Origin: a virus
Direction: 5' to 3' (one strand)
Length of the DNA stretch: 64,000 bases
Virus record (IMG/VR): IMGVR_UViG_3300020401_001540
Span: 8,865 to 72,864 of that record
The notes under the pieces were generated by a model. That model was given only the letters and a program-made list of their open reading frames with translations. It was not told where the DNA came from and searched no databases. Position numbers and translations under genes: made by a program. Of the stretch, positions 51,501 through 60,437 are shown one piece after another. Each line of letters opens with the position of its first letter. Position 1 is the stretch's first letter.

Positions 51501-51953
51501 ATTTGCGTTGGAAGGATCATTCCAAGTAATTGTTTGTTCTGCTAAATTTGTTCCGTTGCTATCTACTACACTTTCTGTTGTGGTGACAGTCTCAAATTTT
51601 AGCAGTCCATTTGCCGCTTGGTTTCTTTTTGGATTGTATGATAAAAGTCTAGCTAATCTTAAAACAGATTCTCTACGTTCTGCTAATTCTAAATAATTTT
51701 CTCTTGCATTAAGATCAACTCTATATGCAATGTTTTGTCCAAGAAATGCAATGATGTCAATCAACGCAAGATATTCAGAAGTTTCAATGTAATCGTTGAA
51801 ATCTTCAGGATAATTATTCCTTAGATAGGTAATCATTGCCCTTCTAAGGGTATCAAAATCATAACTTTTGAATTCAGCGTTTCTAAAACTTTGATAGATT
51901 TTACGCCAATCCTCAGCTAGTAATAGTCTATTTTGTCTATCGGTAGATGACAT
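48339..51953 (-). CDS. gp6: baseplate wedge subunit, gp6-like
   Basis: YDFDTLR..YLRNNYPEDFNDY.E.SE, ENYLELAERRESVLRLA..L.Y.PKR, FADGTFG and QNRMITGEDY. Ends in an S/T/G-rich tail. Confidence 0.85.
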   Translation of the reverse strand: MSSTDRQNRLLLAEDWRKIYQSFRNAEFKSYDFDTLRRAMITYLRNNYPEDFNDYIETSEYLALIDIIAFLGQNIAYRVDLNARENYLELAERRESVLRLARLLSYNPKRNQAANGLLKFETVTTTESVVDSNGTNLAEQTITWNDPSNANWAEQFQRVLNSALPENNIIGKPGKSTQLNGVLTQTYRFNSSSADVPVFSFSKGVNGLPTTFEIVSTDINLDKDIIQEEIPLPGNQVSFLYREDGRGNGSSNTGYFMHFRQGSLNSGEFNVDSPSANQRINIEASNINDTDVWLYKLDGNGQVEKLWTKVDAIEGNNAIYNGLAKNIRDFYVVQTRKDDEITFVFADGTFGNVPNGLFRTFYRQSANRSMRISPEELTDIDLSIDYVSKSGKLETLTLGLELKDVVTNASITETSASIRTNAPQTYYTQNRMITGEDYNIAPLTSNQEIVKVKSTNRISSGISRYFDLKDVTGKYSSTNLYGSDGILYRESYVAKNSFTFSNQTDIEGQIENLILPTIQSRAVSNFYFSNYAKIIVSDLNAVWVQSTKSTNQSTGFLNSASNNPYQVGAFTGGSLKYVEAGALLKFVPPAGFYFIGQGELTSDATAKGASSYKWVKVISVSGAGTSVDTTTGQGPIVFNEILPKNSVLEEVKPKLVKDITSDVRSQIIDQVFAYKTFGLRYDQVNRIWRVIINENLNIYDTFSNGKTGDVTNNQLDASWIILFETNGEKYTVTNRGLRYIFESDKELSFYYDGQNKIYDSATGQLVKDKISIMNFNTVPDGLQNFNNDINWEIVKEYRNLDGYVNSKKVEVSFFDLNDDGSIDDPDIFDNVVAPETNSLTKYIFLKRELSDQGFNKYNYYDRGSEIIVKSSEVEIGAYTQYENDPTIFYIVDQNNFKILSGGSLSLTSDYTAFVGRDNLKFHYIHSADESNRIDPSVSNIIDVYMLTKSYDSAFRSYLDGTSSVKPLPPSVDSLFQQYGQNINKIKSISDEVIYHPAKYKILFGSKAEENLQAVFKVVKNTENVVNNNDIKVRVISAINSYFSLQNWEFGETFHFTEMATFVMNAMAPDLLNFLIVPKQGTLTFGSLYEIKSENDEIFVSDAKVADVEIIDSVTASRIQAAGNVVSATNTNNTGIQSQALSVTTTSTTSTTTSSSTPSTSSTSTSSSNQSSTGSGSSGGGSSSGGGGSSGGGGSSGGGGGGYGY

Positions 51954-51979
51954 CAGTAATCCTTTATCTTAACTTACAG

Positions 51980-51986
51980 TATTTAT
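51980..51986 (-). promoter_or_regulatory. late promoter core ATAAATA
   Basis: Intergenic, upstream of gp6, with an AAGGA RBS. Confidence 0.6.
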
Positions 51987-52016
51987 GATATTTAATAATA
52001 CTAGCGGTTAATTCTA

Positions 52017-52451
52017 TCACAGAAGACCGATGTCTTTATCAAACTGTAAACGTAAGTTTTCGCTAATGTTATAATCCTTATACAGTAATGTACATTCTAT
52101 TTGAATTCCTTTTTCAAATTCTGTTACACTTACTGCTGTGGCTTGTGTTCTTGGGTCAAAATTTACAATATTTGTAACATTTTCTGTTATTGCATCTTTT
52201 AGTTCTGTAGTAAGTGGTTCATACAAAGCGTCCCATATAATGCAACCAAATGCAGGATTGTTTATCTTTTCACCTTGGCGTATGTTAAAATGATTCAGTA
52301 AGTCTTGTTTGATTAAAGACAAATCATACTGCTGAAAACTGTTGTTCTCAGGATTTACCGTGCTAAACCCTCTGTATGCTTTTTGTTTGACAGGTGGTTC
52401 TGGTCTTCTTTTTGGTGTAATCGATATTTCTTTGTATAAGTTCTGTGCCAT
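52017..52451 (-). CDS. gp25: baseplate wedge subunit gp25-like
   Basis: LIKQDLLNHFNIRQGEK..NPAFGCIIWDALYEP and FDPR. Confidence 0.85.
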   Translation of the reverse strand: MAQNLYKEISITPKRRPEPPVKQKAYRGFSTVNPENNSFQQYDLSLIKQDLLNHFNIRQGEKINNPAFGCIIWDALYEPLTTELKDAITENVTNIVNFDPRTQATAVSVTEFEKGIQIECTLLYKDYNISENLRLQFDKDIGLL

Positions 52452-52456
52452 ATTAA

Positions 52457-52463
52457 TATTTAT
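52457..52463 (-). promoter_or_regulatory. late promoter core ATAAATA, 5 nt before ATG
   Basis: Reads ATAAATA-TTAAT-ATG on the minus strand. Confidence 0.55.
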
Positions 52464-52468
52464 CCTGC

Positions 52469-52756
52469 CTAATCACCCACAAAAACTGTGCCACTTCCTT
52501 GATCTGTATCTGGATTACAATGTCCAGGAGCTGGACAAAGATCATCAGCACTAGCGGTATCTGGCGTATGATTTACAACTGCTTTTCCATTTATGAATAC
52601 ATTGTTAGATCCTGCTGAAAGGTTACCAGAGCCGTGACTATTTTGGTCTTGATCTACTGATACTAATTGTGTTTCGACATATACATTGCTTTGTCCTGAA
52701 ACAACTGTTGTTCCACCGCAAGTTCTTACATGTCCGTGTATGTGAATTCCTGGCAT
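52469..52756 (-). CDS. PAAR-like spike tip protein (gp5.4 analogue)
   Basis: Three pseudo-repeats (GQSNVYVE / GSNNVFING / GSGTVFVG) with His/Cys ligands. Follows gp5. Confidence 0.8.
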   Translation of the reverse strand: MPGIHIHGHVRTCGGTTVVSGQSNVYVETQLVSVDQDQNSHGSGNLSAGSNNVFINGKAVVNHTPDTASADDLCPAPGHCNPDTDQGSGTVFVGD

Positions 52757-55449
52757 TATATAACCTGTCCTGTTCCTGTACCCATCGGTGTTGGCGATGA
52801 TACATCCGGTAATGGTGTAAGATCACCATTTTTAATTTGTTGCCAAATACCTTGTCCTAATTTTCTTCTTTCAACAGTCTTGCTTCCAGACGGGTCAGCA
52901 TATCCTACTGCATTTTTAAATTGGTTTGCTAGAGAAGTAAAATTAGTATCTGTCCAAGTAATAAATCTTGCCTTAGGTGGTTTTGTAAGATAAGCTACTG
53001 CTAACTTACAAGCATTCTTAGGATCATTAGCTAACTCTGGATTGTTATAAATGTCTACTCCGGCATATCCTCCATATAATTTGTAGTTGTCTGTACCTGT
53101 AATTTGAATCAAGCCACGTCCTCTGTATCTCCATCCGTCTCCAGTTTCAGGACCACCATTGCCCATTCTACTTCCATAAACCACGCTACCTATTTCAACA
53201 GGCTTACGATGAAGCTGTTCAGACAATTCAAATCCCCCTGGCTTTCTAAACATTTTAAATGTTGCTCGTAAACCTTTCGCACTGTAATTTAAATTTTCAC
53301 TTTGTGGTTCATAATTACTTTCTGCTTTTATCTGAGCACATGCCATAGCTAATGCTTCTCCGGCTCCTCCAACAGATCCGCTTTTTAATGCCTCCACAGG
53401 ATCTAAGCCTAAGCCTTTTATAAGTTCACTTAAGAAAAATCTTTGTGACTCACGTCTTGATATTGGCTCTGCTGGTAATGCTCCGACCTCTCCGTCATCG
53501 TTAGTCTTGAATACCTTGTTTATATCTACCACTGCTGGATCTGTGTCACCTGCTCTAAATACACCCGAAGTACTGTTACGTTCAGGCATGTCTGATTCTT
53601 TTTCTAACGTTGGTGACGAACGTCTTAGTGAAGGAGATGATTGTATAATTGCTTCTGTCTCGCCTGAAGTATGTGCAGACGGATTCAAGTTTTCGTGTTC
53701 TGGCCAAGGTTCATGCAATGGCACACGTCTTGGAGTGTTTGCTTCTTTGGCTTCAATTGCTCTTGTGGCATCTGCTGTCACACGTAAGTCTGCAATAGGA
53801 TTTCCGTCTTTGTCTAAAACTTGATCGCTATCATCAACTGATTCTTCTGTAGCAGGTTTTGTAAATGTATCACCAATTGAATCTGCTGTATCTGAAGCTG
53901 TTGCAACAGGACTGCTATTCATGTGTATTTGTGATGCAGTTTCTATATGAAATCCTCCTGACAGTATTTCTGTATCAACTCCTGCATCCATTTTATTACG
54001 AAGGGAACTTTTAATTTGTGTATTCAAACCACTTGTAAGTTTATTGTCTCCTACTGTATTCAAATTAAAGCTACCATTTACTGTTTGTCTATAATCGCCT
54101 ACTACTTTACTGTGGAAGTTTGCGTTAACGGCAATATGACCGTCTTGGCTAACCTGTAAATTATAGTCGCCTGAAATTGTAGATCTTTGTGTGCCAGCTA
54201 TTTGAACATCCTCATCTGCTCCAATTGCTTTTTGTCTAGATCCACTTACTCTTAAATCTTGATTAACCCCAACATTTTTAGTATCATTTTGACCAATGAT
54301 CACATCATTGTCTACACCTATGTTCTCTTTCTTATCTCTACCGGTTGTTAGGTTATAGTCTCTACCTGCCCTAATATTGATATCTCTATCAGCTGTTATG
54401 TTGAGGTCTGTTTCAGTTCTAATGTTTATACTGTCATTTGCGTAGATATCTATTTTACCGTTTGACGTTAATTCTACCCAGGCACTGCCTGAAGAATTTC
54501 CTATGTATATAAGATCCTCGGAGTTATGCATTAAGATTTGGTGGCCTGTTCGCGTTCTAAATCTTAATGAATCGCCGTATGGAAATGATTTATCAACCTT
54601 AGAATTATTTTTAGGTTCTGCTCCTAAATCATAATAAACAGAACCTGTTGTTCCAGGATTTCCTTGTCTAAATATTTCTTGATCACCGTCATCCATTACA
54701 AAGCTAGATCCACCTAGTCTACTTCTTGGATATTGAATTGATCTTCCTTGTTCACCGTATGTACCTTTTGGTGCACCATCTGACCTATCTAAAGGTCCAG
54801 GACTGTTCATTCCAAATACAGTATTAGGAACATCTCTTCTTGCACTTGCAGTTGATTGTCCTCTGTTTACATCATTTATTAATCCTTGTGTTGCTACTGC
54901 TCTAGTGTAAAAAGGATTATGTGGCTTACGAAACTTATCTGGGTCATCTCCTCTTAGATCGTTTCTTTTTTTATTGTATTCGCCAACTGGTAATCTTTTG
55001 TTTTTTAGATCATTAGGTAATTGGTCTTGTATAATGTTTTCTGGTTTATCAACAGGTTGTCCTTGTGGAACCTGATAGTTCATAAATTCATCTTGAATAC
55101 AACCAATCCAATACGCCTGATTGGATTGACCTTCTGCAAATATTACAAGAACCTTTGTGCCTGGATCAGGAGGTACAGCCCAAAAGCCATAGCTTTGTTG
55201 ACTTGCACTATAATCTAAATTTTTAGTATTGGTTTCTACATTAGTTACACCATAGAATGGCATGCAATATCTTGCTGTGAAAAGTTCTCCTGGTTCTAAA
55301 CTTTTGTTTCCTTCAGTAACATTCGATAAAAGTTCTACTCTTAATGCACCGCCTCTTCTTGGATCAAGATGACTGACTACCTTGGCCACATACGGACCAG
55401 GAGGCATTTTTCTTGACATTGCTCCTACTGTTCTTTTTAAATTAGCCAT
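52756..55449 (-). CDS. gp5: baseplate hub spike gp5-like, with C-terminal GH19 lysozyme/chitinase domain
   Basis: N-terminal OB fold (SYGFWAVPPDPGTKVLVIF), RTRTGHQILMH, 8-residue beta-helix repeats, and GH19 motifs AQIKAES..ENLNYS..GDGWRYRGRGLIQITG. Confidence 0.85.
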   Translation of the reverse strand: MANLKRTVGAMSRKMPPGPYVAKVVSHLDPRRGGALRVELLSNVTEGNKSLEPGELFTARYCMPFYGVTNVETNTKNLDYSASQQSYGFWAVPPDPGTKVLVIFAEGQSNQAYWIGCIQDEFMNYQVPQGQPVDKPENIIQDQLPNDLKNKRLPVGEYNKKRNDLRGDDPDKFRKPHNPFYTRAVATQGLINDVNRGQSTASARRDVPNTVFGMNSPGPLDRSDGAPKGTYGEQGRSIQYPRSRLGGSSFVMDDGDQEIFRQGNPGTTGSVYYDLGAEPKNNSKVDKSFPYGDSLRFRTRTGHQILMHNSEDLIYIGNSSGSAWVELTSNGKIDIYANDSINIRTETDLNITADRDINIRAGRDYNLTTGRDKKENIGVDNDVIIGQNDTKNVGVNQDLRVSGSRQKAIGADEDVQIAGTQRSTISGDYNLQVSQDGHIAVNANFHSKVVGDYRQTVNGSFNLNTVGDNKLTSGLNTQIKSSLRNKMDAGVDTEILSGGFHIETASQIHMNSSPVATASDTADSIGDTFTKPATEESVDDSDQVLDKDGNPIADLRVTADATRAIEAKEANTPRRVPLHEPWPEHENLNPSAHTSGETEAIIQSSPSLRRSSPTLEKESDMPERNSTSGVFRAGDTDPAVVDINKVFKTNDDGEVGALPAEPISRRESQRFFLSELIKGLGLDPVEALKSGSVGGAGEALAMACAQIKAESNYEPQSENLNYSAKGLRATFKMFRKPGGFELSEQLHRKPVEIGSVVYGSRMGNGGPETGDGWRYRGRGLIQITGTDNYKLYGGYAGVDIYNNPELANDPKNACKLAVAYLTKPPKARFITWTDTNFTSLANQFKNAVGYADPSGSKTVERRKLGQGIWQQIKNGDLTPLPDVSSPTPMGTGTGQVI

Positions 55450-58247
55450 TAAAGTCCTCTACCCCTTGTAGTACCATCTCTGTTTAATCTTAAATTTCCG
55501 CCGCCGGTTGATTCTATCTGTTTGTTCTTAGCATCAAGTTCAGCTTTCTTTTTGGCTTCCTTGTCTTTTGCTCTTGCTTCATCTGCTTGACCTGTTGCTT
55601 TAATTTTTGCATTTTTAAATTCATCTGAATCTACACCAACCAATGTTGCAAATTCTCTTTCTTCTGCAAGAGTAAGTTTTCCGTCAGCATTTTTATCAGC
55701 TTTGGCAAAGGCAACATCATATTTGTCACCGTCTTTTTTCGCCGCCGCAAGAGCCGCATCATATTTCTTTTTAACTTCTTGCTGTTTTTCTGTTATCAAA
55801 GTTTGTGCATCTTTCATCTGGTAATTCTTACGTCTTACCATTTGTAATTCTTGGGTAAATTCATTTTGTCTAAAACTATTATTAACACTAATTACCTGAT
55901 AAAGACCACTGAAATCCTTAACTCCGATTGCACTTCCTGCAAACTGTGGTCCTTGTTGTGTAATATCCAATGGAGTTCTAAAATTTATTAAAACGTCAAC
56001 TTGGCTACTGCTGTGATTCATTGAACCATCTGCATTTAAATTTAAAAATTTTGTAGCTTCACTATTGAAATTTCCTACACCACTATCTGCAAGAAAATAA
56101 GGATCACCCATTATGGTCATAGTTCCTGTGATTAAGTCAGCATCACTGTTCATAACAGCTTCATTGAAAGCTCTTGCAATTCTTTGTTCTGGTCCTTCAG
56201 CTGTGGCTCCTCCTGATTCTGAGTTTGACGGAGCATTATCATGCAGAGCTTTTTGTGCTTCGTTGTACTGAGTTTTGATTTCTCCTGTAGCTTCATATTC
56301 AGTTTCTTTTTTGTCTTTACCTTTTTCACTTGCTTTGGTGCTTAAAGCGTTGTTTGCACTACTAATTGCGGCGTAAAAAGCATTGTTAAATTGTAAATCA
56401 AATTCTAGTATATCTTTGTTTTGTCCTGTGTACATGTAATTGTAATGCTTTACAGCTTCTTTTTCTAATTCTGCATATCCTGGAGGAGGGTCATTTGGCA
56501 TTTGGAATACACTTTTATGTACTTCATAAGGTGTTACTCTAAAAACATAAATTCTAGGCGGACGACCATATACTGATTCGTGTTCAGGACTATCCAATTG
56601 AAAAACATTTGATTGTATTCTAAACCAATCAATCATTCCATTTGGTTTTGCTGTTACACCTTTGTCAGTAATTTTGTTTCCGTAATCACTTAACAAAACA
56701 ATCTCTTCTATAATTTTTTGTATTTTTGTGCCTGCTCTAAATTGTATTGATCTTCCGGTCTTATCTATTTTTACACCTTGACGTTCAATTATATTTGTGT
56801 CTTTATTATAAGCAAACTGAGAAAGTCCAAAATTCATATTACCTGGACTTAGACTATCTTTGGTTAGTATTTTTTGTGTTCCTATTTCATTTACCTCACC
56901 GCCAATGCCTGTAAATTTTTTCTTTAATGCTTCACTTAGATTACTTCTTTCAACACTAAAGCCAAGTTGGTTTTCTACAAATTTCTTTTTTGCAAATTTA
57001 GTGACATATTTTCTTCCTGTATCGTCCATAAGATTTGCTAGTGTTGTATCTGCTGTGGTTAGTGCATCATCTAGTTGTTCGTCTGTAAATTCTTTTTGTG
57101 CTATATCACCAATTTTTGCACTTGTGTCTGTAGTGCCAAATTCATTTGCAAAATCTTTACTTGCTTGTTCTTTTGGAAAAATAATTATGTATTCATCCGT
57201 ATCAATTTTAGGATTTTTAGATTCCTTCTGTGCATTTAATTTTGCTGTGTTAATTGCTGTTGATAAACTGTTGAGTCCAGACTGTAATATTTCTTCTACA
57301 GTTCTTCCTGATATGTTTACATTAACCATAAGTCCTTGAGCTTGATCCGTAAATGCTTCATCATTAAACGCACTACAAACAAAATCATACACTGCTCCCT
57401 CAGTAGTAACATTGAAGTTCACTGATACTACCTTCATTGGAAAGATCCTTTTTGGTCCTTGTATTATATTTTGATTATCATCATATCCTATGGTTTCAAG
57501 TATTAGTAACCAAGGTGATTCAAGATAGTTTTGATGTCCGGCATTCCTTGCACAAATCTGCATAGTCTGTAATAACTGTCCCATGCTGTAAGGTTCTGTA
57601 ACCTTGAAACTAATTTGAAAAAAGTTTGTACCTCTACTTTTAGGGTTTGGAGCAATATATGTTCCAATTTCCACTTCATCTATAAAATATTCAGTATCTG
57701 TCCCGTAAACTTTTTCTGCATAGGTGCGTGGTTTTTTATTTCCTATACCTCCGCTTCTTAAAACTTGTTGGCCAGCACGTAGTCCGTTGACTCTATATGT
57801 TTTATCTGGAAAATTAAGTTCAGCGTTAGAAATACAACCAAAGCTAAAAATATGATTTATTGATGCAAATTTTTCTAATTCATTAGGAAGAGGAAGAGTA
57901 TTCCCCTCAAAAGTCTCTGTAATTTTTTTAGCGGCGGCTTTTAAGATAGCGTCTTGATAAACTGTATCTGTATCACCAACAACACTGCTTTCTTCTTTTA
58001 CAGCGGCAGGTTTAATTACATTAGTCTTTCCAAGACTTCCATCTTTGCCTACATAAAGTCCTGCCGGAACAACACCTGCGTCTACTAAACTATTCCATTG
58101 TTGACGTCCTGCTTCTTGTTCTTCAGGAGTGAGTTGCTTTTTTGGTTCTTCTTTTTCTACCTTGCCAGATCTAACGGGATTGCCGTTACTGTCTCTGACA
58201 AACTTTCTGTTTCTACCTGTGCCTGAGTAAACATACCCTTGGGCCAT
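55449..58247 (-). CDS. baseplate hub/tail protein (gp27-like position) with a C-terminal EF-hand loop
   Basis: Located between gp53 and gp5. Has I.GDPYFL and FSGLYQVISV..F...FTQEL motifs, plus DKNADGKLTLAE. Confidence 0.6.
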   Translation of the reverse strand: MAQGYVYSGTGRNRKFVRDSNGNPVRSGKVEKEEPKKQLTPEEQEAGRQQWNSLVDAGVVPAGLYVGKDGSLGKTNVIKPAAVKEESSVVGDTDTVYQDAILKAAAKKITETFEGNTLPLPNELEKFASINHIFSFGCISNAELNFPDKTYRVNGLRAGQQVLRSGGIGNKKPRTYAEKVYGTDTEYFIDEVEIGTYIAPNPKSRGTNFFQISFKVTEPYSMGQLLQTMQICARNAGHQNYLESPWLLILETIGYDDNQNIIQGPKRIFPMKVVSVNFNVTTEGAVYDFVCSAFNDEAFTDQAQGLMVNVNISGRTVEEILQSGLNSLSTAINTAKLNAQKESKNPKIDTDEYIIIFPKEQASKDFANEFGTTDTSAKIGDIAQKEFTDEQLDDALTTADTTLANLMDDTGRKYVTKFAKKKFVENQLGFSVERSNLSEALKKKFTGIGGEVNEIGTQKILTKDSLSPGNMNFGLSQFAYNKDTNIIERQGVKIDKTGRSIQFRAGTKIQKIIEEIVLLSDYGNKITDKGVTAKPNGMIDWFRIQSNVFQLDSPEHESVYGRPPRIYVFRVTPYEVHKSVFQMPNDPPPGYAELEKEAVKHYNYMYTGQNKDILEFDLQFNNAFYAAISSANNALSTKASEKGKDKKETEYEATGEIKTQYNEAQKALHDNAPSNSESGGATAEGPEQRIARAFNEAVMNSDADLITGTMTIMGDPYFLADSGVGNFNSEATKFLNLNADGSMNHSSSQVDVLINFRTPLDITQQGPQFAGSAIGVKDFSGLYQVISVNNSFRQNEFTQELQMVRRKNYQMKDAQTLITEKQQEVKKKYDAALAAAKKDGDKYDVAFAKADKNADGKLTLAEEREFATLVGVDSDEFKNAKIKATGQADEARAKDKEAKKKAELDAKNKQIESTGGGNLRLNRDGTTRGRGL

Positions 58248-58248
58248 T

Positions 58249-58539
58249 TTAATCTCCTAAGGTTTCTTTGACTTTGTCTGCTTGAGGGAGATAAATTTGT
58301 TTTCCTGCTGTTAAGTCGTAAATAGGATCTTCCATTACATCTAAATTCCTTTGAGCGAATATCCACCAAAGTCTTGAATCTTTATATAAATCAAAAGCAA
58401 GTAAATCTGGCCTTTGATGGTATTGAGGCTCTATAGTATATAAAGCATCACTCGAAAATGCAGGCACCGGTCTGATTGTCAAAATATCTAGTGTATTATC
58501 AAATGTTGTGTTTGTTTTAGAATAAGGACTGCTACTCAT
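58249..58539 (-). CDS. gp53: baseplate wedge subunit gp53-like (LysM-like)
   Basis: YHQRPDLLAFDLY.DSRLWWIFAQRN. Confidence 0.8.
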   Translation of the reverse strand: MSSSPYSKTNTTFDNTLDILTIRPVPAFSSDALYTIEPQYHQRPDLLAFDLYKDSRLWWIFAQRNLDVMEDPIYDLTAGKQIYLPQADKVKETLGD

Positions 58540-59462
58540 TAAATATATCCTTTGCTTATATCACTACCTTGAACAAATGTGCTGTAATCAAATTTCTGTA
58601 CTTTTGATCTGCTGTATACTGGTTGACAAGTTACTGTGAATTGTGATTCTGCAGGTGCCCAAGTTACGTCCATGTGACCTCCTTCTTCGTCAACATCTTC
58701 TCCAGCAAATCCGGTTCCGAGATAATCTACTTCGTTTGGTAGGTCAACTGTAAACTGTGTAATTAACACAGGAACATTTTTAAACACATAATCTCCGTAT
58801 CCATTTAATTTTACGATAGGAGGAGGTGCACCTACATTACTTTTTTCAAATGTATCGTCTCCGTATGACATTTTCGTTACTGATCTCAAATACTGTAAAC
58901 AACCAATCCAATATCTTGCTTCTATAGCATTTTGACAATAAAACTGTCCAGTGATAACAAGTTGATCCACTTGTGAGTTGTTGTATGCAAAGAACGGATA
59001 ATTATTATGTATAGGTTGAATTTGATTATAATTCGCAGAGTGACTAAGAATGATTGTGGGCGTATAAGGAAATACCATTCTACCACCTGTTTGTCTAAGG
59101 GGTTCCATTAAAGGTGACTGTTTATATGCATTATGTTCCGGCATGCTCAATGATACACGCCAATCTCGATCTTCGATATCTCCGTATCCCCAGTATGCTG
59201 TTTCTTTTGATGATATTTCAGTTGCTTTTCCTGGCAAATTCTTTCCACGGATATTACTCATGAAATTTTCAGCAGTATCACCAACACCACTGAATATTTT
59301 TTGTCCAATATCTTTGACTTTGTCTACTCCTCCACTTAAAAAATCTGGCACATTTCCAGAGGCAGTATTCTGTCCTGATGCATTTGTACCGTCAGGTGGT
59401 ACTGACACTCCCATGTTTTTACCATTTTTTGAAATGACTCCGTTTTTAAAAAGTGTTGGCAT
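58539..59462 (-). CDS. baseplate tail-tube initiator/cap-like protein (gp48/gp54-like)
   Basis: VFPYTPTI..ANY..HNNY, LRSVTKM and GAPPPIVKLNGYG. Confidence 0.6.
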   Translation of the reverse strand: MPTLFKNGVISKNGKNMGVSVPPDGTNASGQNTASGNVPDFLSGGVDKVKDIGQKIFSGVGDTAENFMSNIRGKNLPGKATEISSKETAYWGYGDIEDRDWRVSLSMPEHNAYKQSPLMEPLRQTGGRMVFPYTPTIILSHSANYNQIQPIHNNYPFFAYNNSQVDQLVITGQFYCQNAIEARYWIGCLQYLRSVTKMSYGDDTFEKSNVGAPPPIVKLNGYGDYVFKNVPVLITQFTVDLPNEVDYLGTGFAGEDVDEEGGHMDVTWAPAESQFTVTCQPVYSRSKVQKFDYSTFVQGSDISKGYI

Positions 59463-59482
59463 AATTGGATCTCCTATAACAT

Positions 59483-59488
59483 TATTTA
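59483..59488 (-). promoter_or_regulatory. late promoter core TAAATA heading the tail/baseplate operon
   Basis: Upstream of the AGGAG RBS and 59462 ATG, back-to-back with a sigma70 promoter. Confidence 0.55.
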
Positions 59489-59489
59489 G

Positions 59490-59518
59490 TTGACAAAATT
59501 AACAGAGTAGTTTATAAT
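59490..59518 (+). promoter_or_regulatory. sigma70 consensus promoter for gp55
   Basis: TTGACA (59490-95), 17-nt spacer, TATAAT (59513-18). Confidence 0.85.
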
Positions 59519-59540
59519 ATGATATAATCTTGGAGATAAC

Positions 59541-60392
59541 ATGAACAAACGCATTAATTACTTAAACAACAAGGACATATTGGCAGAAATAGCAAGGTCC
59601 AAAAATACTTTCTGTAGTTATACAGACCCAGAGTATGCAAAATATGACATAATATTACCTAGTAAAGACAAAGTTAACATTAGAACTATAGCAGAAGCAA
59701 AAAGAAATAAGGCAAAGAGATTACAGCAAGAAGCATTTGAAGAAGCAAAAGCACAAAACAAAAGAGTAAAATTGGCAGAATTTGCCATAGATTACAAAAA
59801 GATTGACAAATATGACTTGATCTTTAGAATTATGACTTTTGATCATATACCTGAAGAACCAGGACGTAAGAAAAATCCTAAAACAGTTGCAGATACAAAA
59901 GTAAAATTAAATTTTCCTCCTTTTCAACATTATAAATTTAACGATAAGGATGAGCTCGTATGCATAGGCAAGAGCCATTGGGAAGGCGGAATGGAAAACG
60001 GTTATTTTAACAAAGGTCATGGTCAGGCAACAAATAAGTTAGCTATGATGTGGATGAAACTGTGTGATAGGTATGCTACTAGAGGCAATGTAAGGGGTTA
60101 TACCTATAATGACGAAATGCGAGGACAAGCAATTTTACAATTATCACAAATTGGATTGCAGTTTGACGAATCAAAATCAAATAATCCTTTTGCATATTAC
60201 ACCGCGGCTGTTACTAATTCATTTGTTAGAGTAATCAATATTGAAAAAAGAAACCAAAACATTAGAGATGATATACTAGAAATGAATAATATGAATCCTA
60301 GTTACACAAGACAAGCTCAAGGTGAATGGGAAAGATCAAAAGAAAGACACGGTGAAGTAACTACTCCAACCACTTCGTCCGAAAAGTCTTGA
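59541..60392 (+). CDS. gp55: late transcription sigma factor gp55-like
   Basis: NYLNNKDIL, RGYTYNDEM, QFDESKSNNPFAYYT and T4-like 55-47-46 synteny. Confidence 0.85.
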   Translation: MNKRINYLNNKDILAEIARSKNTFCSYTDPEYAKYDIILPSKDKVNIRTIAEAKRNKAKRLQQEAFEEAKAQNKRVKLAEFAIDYKKIDKYDLIFRIMTFDHIPEEPGRKKNPKTVADTKVKLNFPPFQHYKFNDKDELVCIGKSHWEGGMENGYFNKGHGQATNKLAMMWMKLCDRYATRGNVRGYTYNDEMRGQAILQLSQIGLQFDESKSNNPFAYYTAAVTNSFVRVINIEKRNQNIRDDILEMNNMNPSYTRQAQGEWERSKERHGEVTTPTTSSEKS

Positions 60393-60417
60393 CATTATAC
60401 AATTTTTAAGCTATAAT
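60389..60417 (+). promoter_or_regulatory. sigma70 consensus promoter for gp47/gp46
   Basis: TTGACA (60389-94), 17-nt spacer, TATAAT (60412-17). Confidence 0.85.
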
Positions 60418-60437
60418 GACAAAGGAAGGATTGCGAA

